Source of the DNA: an uncultured delta proteobacterium
Lineage (GTDB): Bacteria > Desulfobacterota > Binatia > UBA9968
DNA length: 64,000 bases
Assembly (NCBI GenBank): GCA_963847445.1
Contig: CAWJZV010000046.1
Location: 160,001 to 224,000 of the forward strand
Reading direction: 5' to 3'
Part shown: one piece after another, positions 31,795-42,344 of the stretch
Layout: every line of letters begins with the position of its first letter
How positions within the stretch are numbered: the stretch's first letter is position 1
Notes under the pieces: generated by a model
Databases searched by the model: none
The model's input: only the letters and a program-made list of their open reading frames with translations
Told to the model about the DNA's origin: nothing
Made by a program: the position numbers and the translations under genes

Positions 31795-33621
31795 TTAGCG
31801 GCCGACGCGTTTTTTCTTGTTGTTGAGATAGTCGACCATGATGTAGTTGCCCATCTGATCCGGGGTGGTGTAGAAGACCCGGCCGATGTTCAAGCGCGAT
31901 AGTTGGTCGACGAAGCCCTGGCGGTAGTAATCGGCGCCGAGCATGAAGGTGTTGATCTTGATGCCGCTCTGGGTGCAGCGTTTCACTTCTTTCAAGGTCT
32001 CGTGCACGATCCGGCCATGCAGCATCGCCGAGCCCCAGCCGCTGTGCAACCGGCCACCGCGGTCGAGGGTTGCCGCTGTCGGCTCGCCGTCGGTGATCAA
32101 TATAATCTGCCGATTGGCACTGCGATTCGAGCCCAACAGCTGGCGCGCGTAGCGCAGGGCTTCTTTGATGTCCGTGCCATGCTCCATGAAATAGGTGAGC
32201 GAAACGATGGACGGCAGATCTTCGGCTTGAATCAACTTGGCATTGGAACGAAATGCCACCAGGTGGAGCGTGTCCTGGGGATATTTCGTCTGGATCAGGC
32301 GATGCAGCGCCAGGGCGACTTTCTTGCCAGCGTGGAGCGCGTCGTTCATCAGCATCGAGTAGCTCACGTCGATCAACAAGGCGGTCTCGGCGACAGTCGA
32401 ATACTCGACCCGGTGCACGGAGAAATCTTCCGGGTGAATTCTCAGCGGATCGCCTGGCTTGCGTCTCTCTAACGCGTTGAGCACCGTCTCGCTGATATTG
32501 ATGTTCATCGGATCGCCATACTCGTAGAGCTTGGTTTCTTCCATGTGCTCGCCCTGGGAGCCGCGCGCGGCAGTGTCATGATTGCCCCAGCGGCTTTTGT
32601 TGAGCATCTGAAAGATTTCGCGAAGCGCCTTATCGCCGATCTTGCGCATGCCCTTGGCGGTCAGCTTTAGGCCGTGGCTGCCGCGAACGATAAAGCCTTC
32701 CTCTTCGAGCATCTGCTCGACATTTTGCAAATATTTTAGATTCTCGTAAGCTTCTTCGCCGAGGATCTCGCGCAGCTCGTCGAGATTCAAATCCGATGGA
32801 TCGCCCATGCCGCGCTGGCCCCAGCGCAGAAAGCGTTCCAGGCCGCGCAACTGGCTCAACACCTGCCCGGCCTCGCCCATGCCCATGCGCTGGGAGCCCT
32901 GGAACGGGAACTGGTTCATCAACTGTTCCAACTGCTGCATCTGATTCATCATGTCGCTCATCTGCTGCAGCTGTTCCTCGGTCATGTTGCTCATGTTTTC
33001 CAACATGCTTTCGAGGTTGTTGATGGCGTTGTCCATCATGCTCGGCAAGTTTTTGAGAAAGTCCTCGTTGTTCAACAGCTCGCTCATGCGGTCGAGCATG
33101 TCCATCAGCGACTGCGGATTCTGCTCGCCGCTCATGTTCGGCTTGCCTTGCATGCCGCGTTCTTGGATCTGCTGCTTCAAGCGTTGCTGCAGCTCCTGGT
33201 AGCGCTGGTAAGCCTGCTGCATTTTTTCGCCGAGTTCGTCCATGCGGTCGGCGAACTTGCCGGACATGCGCTCCATGAAGTTGCGCATCTGCTCGTTGTA
33301 GGCTTCCATCTTCTCGGCCAGGTTGCTGAGCTTTTCACTGAGCTTTTGCTGTTCTTCAGGGGTCAGTTTGAAAGAGTCGGGGGAGTACTTGTTGAGCAGC
33401 TCGCGGCGCTTCTCATCGGCCTGGCGCAGGAAATCGCGCATGCCTTTGACCGAGCGCTGGCCGTCTTCGGAGGTAAAGCCCCGCCGCATCATGTCGCGCA
33501 AGGCGCGGCGCACGCCCTCTTCCTCCAACAGATGGTCGGAGAGCTGGTTGATGATGTCGTCGGTCGTGGGAAAGAGAATTTCCTGCGTGCCATCCCACTG
33601 GGTGTAACGATGGATTCTCAT
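31795..33621 (-). CDS. VWA-domain protein with long Met/Gln-rich helical insert
   Basis: N-terminal YTQWDGTQ; MIDAS motifs DVSYSM, HGTD and ILITDGEPT. Confidence 0.88.
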   Translation of the reverse strand: MRIHRYTQWDGTQEILFPTTDDIINQLSDHLLEEEGVRRALRDMMRRGFTSEDGQRSVKGMRDFLRQADEKRRELLNKYSPDSFKLTPEEQQKLSEKLSNLAEKMEAYNEQMRNFMERMSGKFADRMDELGEKMQQAYQRYQELQQRLKQQIQERGMQGKPNMSGEQNPQSLMDMLDRMSELLNNEDFLKNLPSMMDNAINNLESMLENMSNMTEEQLQQMSDMMNQMQQLEQLMNQFPFQGSQRMGMGEAGQVLSQLRGLERFLRWGQRGMGDPSDLNLDELREILGEEAYENLKYLQNVEQMLEEEGFIVRGSHGLKLTAKGMRKIGDKALREIFQMLNKSRWGNHDTAARGSQGEHMEETKLYEYGDPMNINISETVLNALERRKPGDPLRIHPEDFSVHRVEYSTVAETALLIDVSYSMLMNDALHAGKKVALALHRLIQTKYPQDTLHLVAFRSNAKLIQAEDLPSIVSLTYFMEHGTDIKEALRYARQLLGSNRSANRQIILITDGEPTAATLDRGGRLHSGWGSAMLHGRIVHETLKEVKRCTQSGIKINTFMLGADYYRQGFVDQLSRLNIGRVFYTTPDQMGNYIMVDYLNNKKKRVGR

Positions 33622-33769
33622 TTGCGTTGGACTATAGCGCAGTTCCTGCTCGTTTCAAACCCAAAATATTGCCGTCGCCCTGGACCCCGAGGAGGCCGCG
33701 AAAACTCCGACGCTAACCCTTTGGAAATGGCGCGAACTTCGTATAGAAATTAGAGGGCGGCCAATTACC

Positions 33770-34895
33770 ATGAAACATTTTGCTTACGTCATTGTCGGCG
33801 CCGGTTTCGCCGGCGCCGCCACCGCTTATCATTTGGCTCGCCAGGGGGTTGCCGATGTCCTGGTTTTGGAACAGGAAAGCATCCCGGGATTTCACGCTTC
33901 AGGACGCAATGCGGCGATGCTGCGCCAGTGTATCGCCGAGCCCGACCTGACCAAGTTGGCGCTCGATGGCGCGGCATTTATCCGCAACCTGCCGGCGGAT
34001 TGGCCGGAGCCGGTGCTATTCAAGAACAACGGCTCGTTATTACTCGGCAGCGGCGCCGGCTGGGAGAAGCTCAAACGAGACGGCGAGATTGGCCGGAGTG
34101 TCGGCGTTCCCGGCATCGCCGAGTGGTCGCCGGAACAAGCGATCGGCCATGTGCCGGTGCTCAAAGAGGCTGAGTTCGACGGCGCCCTGTGGTGCGCCAG
34201 CGACGGCGTCGTCGACATTCATGCGCTCTTGTCTGGTTATCTAAAGTTCGCCGCCAGCCGGGGCGCGCAGATTCGCTACAATGCCGCGGTACGGGCGGTG
34301 CGCGCGCGTCAGGGCGCGGATATCGAGTTGGAAACCGCCGAGGGCGTCGTCAGTTGCAAGGTCTTAGTCAATGCCAGCGGCGCCTGGGCGAACGTCGTCG
34401 CTGCAGTTGGCCGGCGCGCGGCCACTGCCGTTGCGCGCCTGCCGGCGCCATTTGTTTGTCTCGCCGCCGCTGGCGTGGGTCGATCGCAGTTGGCCGTTTG
34501 TCTGGGACGTCACCCATGATATCTATTTTCGCCCGGAGGGTGACGGCTTGCTGCTCTGTGCTTGCGACCAGACCGAATTAGCGCCGGGCGATCCGCCGGT
34601 GGATGAAAGCGTTAAAGAAATGCTCGCCGAGAAAATCCAGCGCCATATGCCGGGCCTGTCCGAAGTCTCCATCAGCCGGGGCTGGGCCGGATTGCGCACG
34701 CTGACTCCGGATGGCCGCTTCGTTATTGGCTGGGACGCGCAAGTCGATGGTCTGTTCTGGGTCGCCGGCCTCGGCGGTCATGGCATGACGACCAGCGCGG
34801 CGGTGGGTGAGTTGGCGGCGACGTTGCTGGTTGGCGGGCCGGGCCAGCGTTCGGCGCCGTTTGCGCCGGAGCGATTCGATGAAGAATTGGCGTAA
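33770..34895 (+). CDS. FAD-dependent oxidoreductase (DAO/sarcosine oxidase family), frameshifted
   Basis: IVGAGFAG, ASGRNAA, VNASGAWA, WAGLRTLTPDG and GLGGHGM. Confidence 0.9.
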
Positions 34896-34910
34896 TGGAG
34901 TGGTGCAGTA

Positions 34911-35858
34911 ATGGAGTACTGGAGAAGATCAAGTCAGTCGGTCATTGTCCTGGTGGCGCTGCTTGCCGCCGTTTCGCTGGGCGAGGCGGCGCAACCGACC
35001 AAAGTGCGCATGTCCTACTCGAGCCGGAGTAACTCGAACACGCCGTTTGTCATCGCCTATCGCAAGGGCTTCTTTGCCGAGGAGGGGATGGACGTGGAGA
35101 TGATCCAAGTCAATCCGCGGCTTGGCGCCACCGCGTTGCTAAATGGCGATATCGATTTTACCGCAACCTTCGGCAGCACGTTGCGCGGCATTGTCGGCGG
35201 CTTTCCGATCAAGTTTGTCGCCGTGTCGGTGAAAAAGTCCGAACACTTTTTGATCGTCAGGCCGGAGATCAAAGAAATTCGCGATCTCAACGGCAAGAAA
35301 CTCGGCGTGGCGACGCTGTTCGGTTCGGATCAAAAAGCCGCCGAAGAAATGATCCGCGCCAAAGGTTTTTCCCCGAACATGATCAAGCCGATCACGCTCG
35401 GCGAAGCGCCGGTGCGGGCGCAGGCGCTGCGCTCGGGGTTGGTCGATGCGATCTCGGTTTCCTCGCCCTTCGATTTGAGCCTGCAAACCGAGGGCTTTCG
35501 CGCCTTGGCCGGGCCCAAGGATATCGAAATCGCCTTGCCGACTTCCGGCATCGCGGTCGCCACCCGCTTGCTGCAACAGAATCCCCAGCATGTCAAACGA
35601 GTGGTGCGGGCGTTGATGAAGGCGCACCGTTTCGTTTTCGACAATCGCAAAGAAGTGGTGCCGCAGATGATCCGTTATCTGGAGCAGAGCCCTGAGGTGG
35701 CCGAACGGTCCTACGATCTCATCGTCAACTCGCTCAGCCGCAACGGCGAGATCACCGATCATGAGTGGGAAGTGCTGACCGAGAAAAAGAAGACGGCGGA
35801 TGAGGTGCGCGACTTCACGCTGCTGCGCGAAGTGCAGAAGGAATTGAAGATTCGTTGA
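34911..35858 (+). CDS. NMT1/SsuA-like ABC substrate-binding protein
   Basis: Signal peptide, KGFFAEEGMDVE, DLNGKKLGV and RAQALRSGLVDA. Confidence 0.85.
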   Translation: MEYWRRSSQSVIVLVALLAAVSLGEAAQPTKVRMSYSSRSNSNTPFVIAYRKGFFAEEGMDVEMIQVNPRLGATALLNGDIDFTATFGSTLRGIVGGFPIKFVAVSVKKSEHFLIVRPEIKEIRDLNGKKLGVATLFGSDQKAAEEMIRAKGFSPNMIKPITLGEAPVRAQALRSGLVDAISVSSPFDLSLQTEGFRALAGPKDIEIALPTSGIAVATRLLQQNPQHVKRVVRALMKAHRFVFDNRKEVVPQMIRYLEQSPEVAERSYDLIVNSLSRNGEITDHEWEVLTEKKKTADEVRDFTLLREVQKELKIR

Positions 35859-35987
35859 CGGATACGCCAAGCGTTGGGCCGTCGATTCGAGCGCACGCGG
35901 GAAGCCAGGGGACGAATCATTAAGCAACCTGACGCGATTATTTCCAATGCGATTGTCCCGAGGCGTTAACTAGCGACGAGGTGAGCC

Positions 35988-36766
35988 ATGACTATCAATA
36001 TCGAACGAGGCAAGAAGTATTCGACGCAGGAAGCCAAGGCGATCGTCGATGGACTCTATGCCAAAGTGCGCGAGCGCTGGGAGACGCGGGTCAATCAAAA
36101 GCCGTTCATGCAGCAGTTGATGGCCGGCAAGCTGCCGCATCAAAACCTTGCAGCTGTTTTTTCGCAACTGGGGCGCGTACACCATCGAGATCAACACGCT
36201 GACCGCTTGCACCTACCATCGCAATATTACCTTTCTCAAAGTGAACCGCGATCTGATGGGGCCGATCGGCGAGAAGATCGCCGACGAGTTTATTCATCCC
36301 AAGCCGCCGGGCCATTTTCTCGTCATGATGGAAACGGCGAAAGCCTTGGGTCTCAGCGAAGACGAAGTTTTCACCTCCTCGATGCTGTCGGAGTTTCGCG
36401 GCAAGATCGATTTCATGCGCAGCATCGTCTACGAGGGTTCGGCGGCGGAGTGGTACTCCGCGGTGACGACCGAGGAGCAGATCGGCCACTGGTCGGCGGC
36501 CTGTTACCAAGGCGCTGACCACTCACTATGGTTTTGACCGCGCCAAAGCCACTTACTTCGCCACCCATGTCGAAGCCGACTTGGAAGAACATGAAGAAGG
36601 CGTCATGGGCCACGCGAGCTTCAACCGCATGGCGTTGCAGCGGCTGCTCGAAACCGGCATGGCGGAAGAGCGGCCGACCTATGGTTTGGAATACTGCGCC
36701 ATGACTTCGGTGGACCTGCACGGCGCGATGCTGCGGGCGGCGATGGAAGAAGCGGAGCGGGGGTAG
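35988..36766 (+). CDS. Heme-oxygenase-like diiron (PqqC/CADD/TenA fold) protein HDO-1 (two indels)
   Basis: PFMQQLMAGKL, IADEF...PGHF..M..AKALGL, TTEEQ and YFATHVEADLEEH; assembled from three ORFs. Confidence 0.8.
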
Positions 36767-36822
36767 GTATGATCGGAGTAATGGAGTGTTGGAATTTTGG
36801 CGTGACGTGAAGCGGATGATTC

Positions 36823-36898
36823 ACCACGAAGGCACGAAGGACACGAAGGGGTCGGATAATTATTATTCCGAACTTCGTGCTCTTCGTGCCTTCGTGGT
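36823..36898. repeat. 9-bp-period inverted tandem repeat (CACGAAG x3 ... CTTCGTG x3)
   Basis: ACCACGAAGGCACGAAGGACACGAAGG ... CTTCGTGCTCTTCGTGCCTTCGTGGT. Confidence 0.85.
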
Positions 36899-36933
36899 AA
36901 AATAATCTTTCCAAACCATGTCGGAGGTTGCTT

Positions 36934-37863
36934 ATGACCGAACAAATTAGAGGGATCGTGTTACCGAGTCCGACGGTGTTTCGCGAGGATGGCAGGATCG
37001 ATGAGCCGCTCATGCGCGAGCTGACCGATTGGTTTGTCGCCAGCGGCGTGCAGGCGTTTTTTATTCTTGGCTCTTACGGCCAGGGGGCAGCGATGCATCC
37101 GGAGGAGCGCAAGAAACGTCGCCGAGATCGTGGTCCAACAAGTGAAGCATCGGGTGCCGGTGGTGGTGCATGTCGGCGCGGTCGATCCTTATACCGCCAT
37201 CGATCTCGGCCAGCATGCCAAGGCGATCGGCGCCGAGGCGATCGGCCATGTCGGGCCGTACTATTACGCTGACCGCTCGGAGTACGAGATTATCGAGCAT
37301 ATTGAAAATGGTCGATCGCGCCGTTGGCATGCCCATGCTGATCTACAACAACCCGCGCTATTCCGGCTATAACATTCAGCCCAACTTCATGGCGCGTCTG
37401 GTCGAAGCGGTGCCAAATATCTTCGGCGCCAAGCTGGCGATGGGCAGCGTCGACGAAGCGATGGCTTATATGAAGGCTGGTCAAGGCGCCTTTCGCGCCC
37501 TACGCATTGGCGAGCAACTTGGTTTCAGCGATGTCGGTGGGTGTCGCCGGAACCATCAGTCCGCCTTTGGCGGTGACGCCGGAAATCGGCGTCGAGTTGG
37601 TCCGCGCCATCGATGCCGGCGACGCCGGGCGCGCTCTGGCGTTGCAGAAAGATGTGATCCGGATTCACGATATTTTTCTGCGCTTGGCCGGTCCATTCGG
37701 CCGGACTATCTATCGCGAAGCGATGCGGCTGCGCGGTTTCGACGTGAAAATGTATCCGCGTTGGCCGTCCAAGCCGCTCAGCCGCGACGCCTACGACGAG
37801 CTGCGCGACTTGTTCACCGAACTGAAAATTATCGCCGTGGCCGGTCAAGTGAGGAGTGCGTAG
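36934..37863 (+). CDS. DapA/NAL-family aldolase/lyase (frameshifted)
   Basis: GIVLPSPTVFREDGRID, ILGSYGQG, RVPVVVHVG, LIYNNPRYSG and Schiff-base IFGAKL. Confidence 0.85.
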
Positions 37864-37869
37864 GACGGC

Positions 37870-38818
37870 ATGAAGATGACAGCGTACTGCTTGGGATCGT
37901 CACAATTTTCAGTTTTGGCTTCGCTTGCCGGCTCCGCCGCCCGCGCTGAGGAGCGTGTGCGGGTCGCGTTGTCGGTGCGCAACGTGGTCTTCCTGCCATT
38001 CTATTACGCCAAAGCGCTGCGAATCTACGATAAATATGGCCTCAATGTCGAGCTGATTCAGATGCGCAGCGACTTGCAGTTGGCCGGTCTGGTTTCAGGC
38101 GAGATCGATTACACGCCATCGGTGGGACCGGCGGGCACGGCGATCGCCAACTCGTTGCCGATAAAAGCGCTTGGCGATTCTATACCGCGCGCCACTGTTT
38201 TCTCTCGTCAGCCCGGCGGGCATCGCCAACATGAAAGAGTTGGAAGGCAAGAAAGTCGCGGTGTCGCGCATCGGTTCGGAGAGCCATCGCTACGGCTCGC
38301 TGATGATCGAAAGCGCCGGCGCCGATCCCAAGAAGGTGACGTTCATTCAAACCGGCAGCACGTCGATCAGTCTGGCGGCGATCCAGCAGGGAACCGTCAA
38401 CGCGGCGGTGTTGAGTCCGCCGTTTACCGGCATGATGGCGGAGAAAGGTTATAAAATTCTCGCGCGCAGCCGGTCGCTGGCGGAAGCGCCATGGCTCGGT
38501 CTGGTCGCCAACCGCCAGAAGATCGAGAAGCAGCCGGAGCAGGTGCGCAATATGCTGCGCTCCATGCGCGATGTCGTGGCGGCGATGCGCCGTGACCGCG
38601 CCGGTGTGATCGCTCATATCGAGAAGGATTTCAAAGTAAGCACCGCCAACGCCACTGAATCCTACGAGGACATCATGGGCGTGACCATGGATAACTTGAC
38701 CCTGCGCGACGAGCAGATCCAAAAGTATCTCGACAACTCACTCGCCCGCGGCGAAATCGCCAAGCGGCTGACGGTTAATGAAATGTTCGATTTCTCGCTG
38801 TTGCGCAGCTTGAAATAG
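37870..38818 (+). CDS. NMT1/SsuA-like ABC substrate-binding protein (frameshifted)
   Basis: YGLNVELIQM, LVSGEIDY, ELEGKKVAVSRIGS and AIQQGTVNAAVLSPP. Confidence 0.83.
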
Positions 38819-38851
38819 GTTTTCGATGAATTCTGCCAAAAGGATAAACAC

Positions 38852-39799
38852 ATGTCTGACCAACCGATTCTTTCTCTCGCCGCCGGTTATCACCTGCGCG
38901 CCAAGGCGTTGTGCGATGGCCGGGTGCGGGCTCAAGAGCTTCGAGCTGCGCGCCATCGCTTACGAAAACGATGGCTTGGGCCACGACGAGTTCATGGCCG
39001 GCAAGTTCGACGCCGGCGAGTTCTCCCTGGCAATGTATCTGGCGCTCAAGAGCCGTGACGCGCCGTATATGGCGATCCCGGTTTTCCCTAATCGCAAATT
39101 TCGCCAGTCCTATATTTTCGTGCCCGAGGGTTCGCCGCTGACCGGGGCGAAGCAGCTCGAGGGCAAGAAGGTTGGCATTCCCAGTTGGCTCAACACTGCC
39201 GGACTTATGGGCGCGTGGCATCTTGAGCGATGAGTACGGCGTCAAGCCGGCGGATATTCACTGGGTAATGCCACGCAAAAACAAAGTTGATGTGACGTTG
39301 CCGGCGGGGACGCGGCTCGATGTTGTGGCCAGCGACGAATCCTTGGCGGCGCGCATGCTCAAAGGCGAATTCGACGCGATCATCGTGCCCGACTTTCCCG
39401 AGGAGCGAGGCTGGCGTCGTTTGCTCGCCGATTCCAAAGCCGTCGAACAGGATTTCTTTCGCCGTACGGCCATCTTTCCGACCAGCCATGCGATCACTTT
39501 TCACGCGGCCTATCTGGAGAAACACCCCGGCGCGGCGCAAGAAATGTTCGAGGCTTGTGTCGCGGCCAAGAATCTGGCGCTGCGCGACGACGCCGATGCG
39601 ACCTATTCGAACTTCGTCTGGAATCGCCAGGTGTGGGAAGAGCAGCGCGCGGTAATGGGGGCCGATCCTTGGAAGTTTGGTATCAAGCATAACGAGAAGG
39701 TGTTGAACACCATGGTGCGCTACGCCGGGGAACAAGGGTTGTTGGCGAAGACCGGTGACGTTCGATGATCTGTTCATTCGGATCGATGAAGCCAATTGA
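38852..39799 (+). CDS. 4,5-dihydroxyphthalate decarboxylase-like (binding-protein fold) protein (frameshifted)
   Basis: ALCDGRV, FDAGEFSLAMY, AIPVFPNRKFRQSYIFV, GKKVGIP..TAGLWARGILSDEYGV, IFPTSH and DPWKFG...QGL. Confidence 0.78.
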
Positions 39800-39810
39800 A
39801 AGTATTCTAA

Positions 39811-39887
39811 TCCTCGCTCGCTTGCGGGAAGGGTGGGGTGTTGAATACCCCCTCATCCTAGCCTTCTCCCGCAAGGGGAGAAGGGAC
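39811..39887. repeat. REP-like palindromic element
   Basis: CCCCTCATCCTAGCCTTCTCCCGCAAGGGGAGAAGGG, preceded by a degenerate mirror arm. Confidence 0.65.
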
Positions 39888-39949
39888 AAGAAGCGTTGCG
39901 AACGTTCGGCAACTAGCTAAAGTTCTCTTCTAGAAGTTCAAATCTCATC

Positions 39950-41421
39950 ATGGCGATCACGACACATGAGCATGGCGGCCACGGCGATCATGGGCATGAT
40001 CATGAGGGCGCGGTGGGGCCGCATACCCACTTGACCAGCGTCGGCATCGATATCGGCTCGTCGACCTCGCACCTGATGTTTTCTCAGTTGCTGATCGGTT
40101 ACCCGTCGGTGTTGCAGCGCAAACCGTTGGTGCTGGAGCGCAAGGTGATCGCGCGCTCGCCGATCCTGCTGACGCCATTTTCCGGTGACTGGAATATCGA
40201 GGCGGGTCCGCTTACGAGAATTGATCGAGGCGACATTCGCGGCCGCGGGACTCGGTCGGAACGATATCGATACCGGCGCGGTGATTATCACCGGCGAGGC
40301 CGCGCGCCGCGACAACGCGGCGAAGATCGCCGAGTTGTTCGCCGATGAGACCGGCAAATTTGTTTGCGCCACCGCGGGGCCGACCTTGGAAACCATCATG
40401 GCGGCCCATGGCTCGGGAGCGGTGCGGCAAAGCCGCGAGCAGGGGCTCACGCTGCTTAATATCGATGTCGGCGGCGGCACGACCAAGATCAGCGTCATCG
40501 AAGCGGGTCGGATTCGCAGTACTGCGGCGGTTAACATCGGCGCGCGCTTGGTGGCGTATAACGGCGCCGACGAGATCGTGCGTTTGGAGAAGGGCGGGCG
40601 GCGCTTTCTTGCTGACCTCGGTGAAAATCTCGACTACGGCGCTCGCATGCCGGGCGAATTGCGAATGCGTTTGGCCAACCGGATGGCGCGGGCCTTGTTC
40701 GATGCAATCGCCAGCGGCATGCAGCCTTGGGATGACTTTTACGTTACCGCGGGATTGGGCGTGCTGCCGAAAATTGACAGGAATTCTCTTCTCCGGCGGC
40801 GTGTCCGAGTATATTTATTCCCGTGAAAGCGCTTCCTTCGGCGATCTTGGGCCGTTTCTCGGGCGCGCCATTCGCTGCGAAGCGGAAGCGCGCGGGTTCG
40901 ATATTCTCGATGCCGGTGAAGGCATTCGCGCCACGGTTATCGGCGCCTCGCAATACACGGTACAGTTGAGCGGCGAGACGATCTTCGTTCCTGACAGCCT
41001 CCAACTGCCGGTGCGTAACCTACGCGTATTTGTCGTGCACTGCGATTGGTCGGCGCCGGTTACGGAGCGGATTGAAAAAGCGGTTGCGCAACTGCTTGGC
41101 GAGCGTGACCCGGAAGTGCGCGGCTCGCCTTTCGCTCTGGCATTTTCGACGCCGCCGTTTGTCGGCTATGGCGCGGCGCAAGATATGGCCAGGGGCATCG
41201 ATGCGGCATTTGCACGGTTGGCCGCTGACGACCGTCCGGTCGCCTTGGTCTTCGGCCAAAACGTCGGCCAGGTGATCGGCGGCATGCTGTCGGCCAAATG
41301 GAACATGCCCTGCATCGACGAAGTGACACTGTCCGAGTTGGATTTCATCGATGTCGGCGCGGTGGTGCCGGAAGAGGGTTTCGTTCCGGTGGTGATCAAG
41401 AGCTTGGCGTTCGGTGTGTGA
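39950..41421 (+). CDS. EutA-like actin-fold ATPase with His-rich N-terminus (frameshifted)
   Basis: SVGIDIGSSTSHL, IDTGAVIITGEAARRDNA, FVCATAGP.LE.IMAAHGSGA, NIDVGGGTT, FSGGV, GIRATVIGASQY and VPVVIKSL. Confidence 0.88.
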
Positions 41422-41517
41422 CAGTTCAACCCTGGAGCTGGTTGGACAGTGCAAACTTGCATGTGTTAAGAACTGAAGGCGAAAAGGAACTTAACCACAA
41501 AGCGCCTAGATCACAGA

Positions 41518-41540
41518 GTAGGGCCGGTCGCGACCGGCCC
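41518..41540. repeat. GTAG-type REP-like palindrome
   Basis: GTA followed by a perfect 20-bp palindrome GGGCCGGTCGCGACCGGCCC. Confidence 0.6.
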
Positions 41541-41595
41541 GGCTCGAAATCGAAAATATGTCACAAATAACGCAAAGAAGAATCGGGAGTGATAA

Positions 41596-42312
41596 ATGTC
41601 CGCGGCATCGAATGGCTTAGATAAAATGTGGCGGGAGTTGGTGCGGCTGTGCAACGAGCAGTTCGAATCCCAGCCGTTCAAGCGTTTGCTGAATAGTAAA
41701 TTTAGCAAACGGCAAGCGCAGCATTATTCGATCCAGATGGCATACTATGTGCAGAATCGGCGTGACTGCTGGGGCTATGTGCAGGGTTCGGCGCCCTTGC
41801 CGGTCAAACAAATTGTCTGGCGCCACGAAGAAGACGAGTTGGTCGGTCAGAAGGCCCAGGGCAAAGTGGATCACATCACCCTGGCGATCAAAGAAGGCGA
41901 AGTGTTCGGCTTGAGCGCCGAGGCCTTCGAGAAGACCGCGCGCTTGGATGGCGGCGAAGTCTGTTTCAGCGCCTGGATTCGCCTGGCGCAGAAATCTTGG
42001 CTCGAAGCGATCGCGGCCTCGGCGATCCTGGAAATGCGCAATTCCGGCGAGCTTGTCGAAGGAGGTTCGTTGTCGCACCGCATCGCGGCAATCTTTGAGC
42101 GCGATCTCGGCATTCCGATGAAAAGACAAATCAATAATGCCGAGCATGTGGTGATGGACGTCGAGCATGCCCATCTGTTGATGCAGGTGGCCAAGCTGTA
42201 CGCGACTACGCCGTCGGCGCAAGACGCGATCCTGCGCGGCGCGCGTGAAAGTCTGATGATCGACCGCGTCTATCGCGGCCACTTGGCCGACATGTTGGAA
42301 AGTCTGGACTAA
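41596..42312 (+). CDS. Heme-oxygenase-like diiron (CADD-like) protein HDO-2
   Basis: HEEDEL...DHI, ILEMRN and EHVVMDVEH (E..H / E / HxxxDxxH ligand set). Confidence 0.82.
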   Translation: MSAASNGLDKMWRELVRLCNEQFESQPFKRLLNSKFSKRQAQHYSIQMAYYVQNRRDCWGYVQGSAPLPVKQIVWRHEEDELVGQKAQGKVDHITLAIKEGEVFGLSAEAFEKTARLDGGEVCFSAWIRLAQKSWLEAIAASAILEMRNSGELVEGGSLSHRIAAIFERDLGIPMKRQINNAEHVVMDVEHAHLLMQVAKLYATTPSAQDAILRGARESLMIDRVYRGHLADMLESLD

Positions 42313-42344
42313 CAATTGTGCAGCGGCATACCGATGGAGGAACG

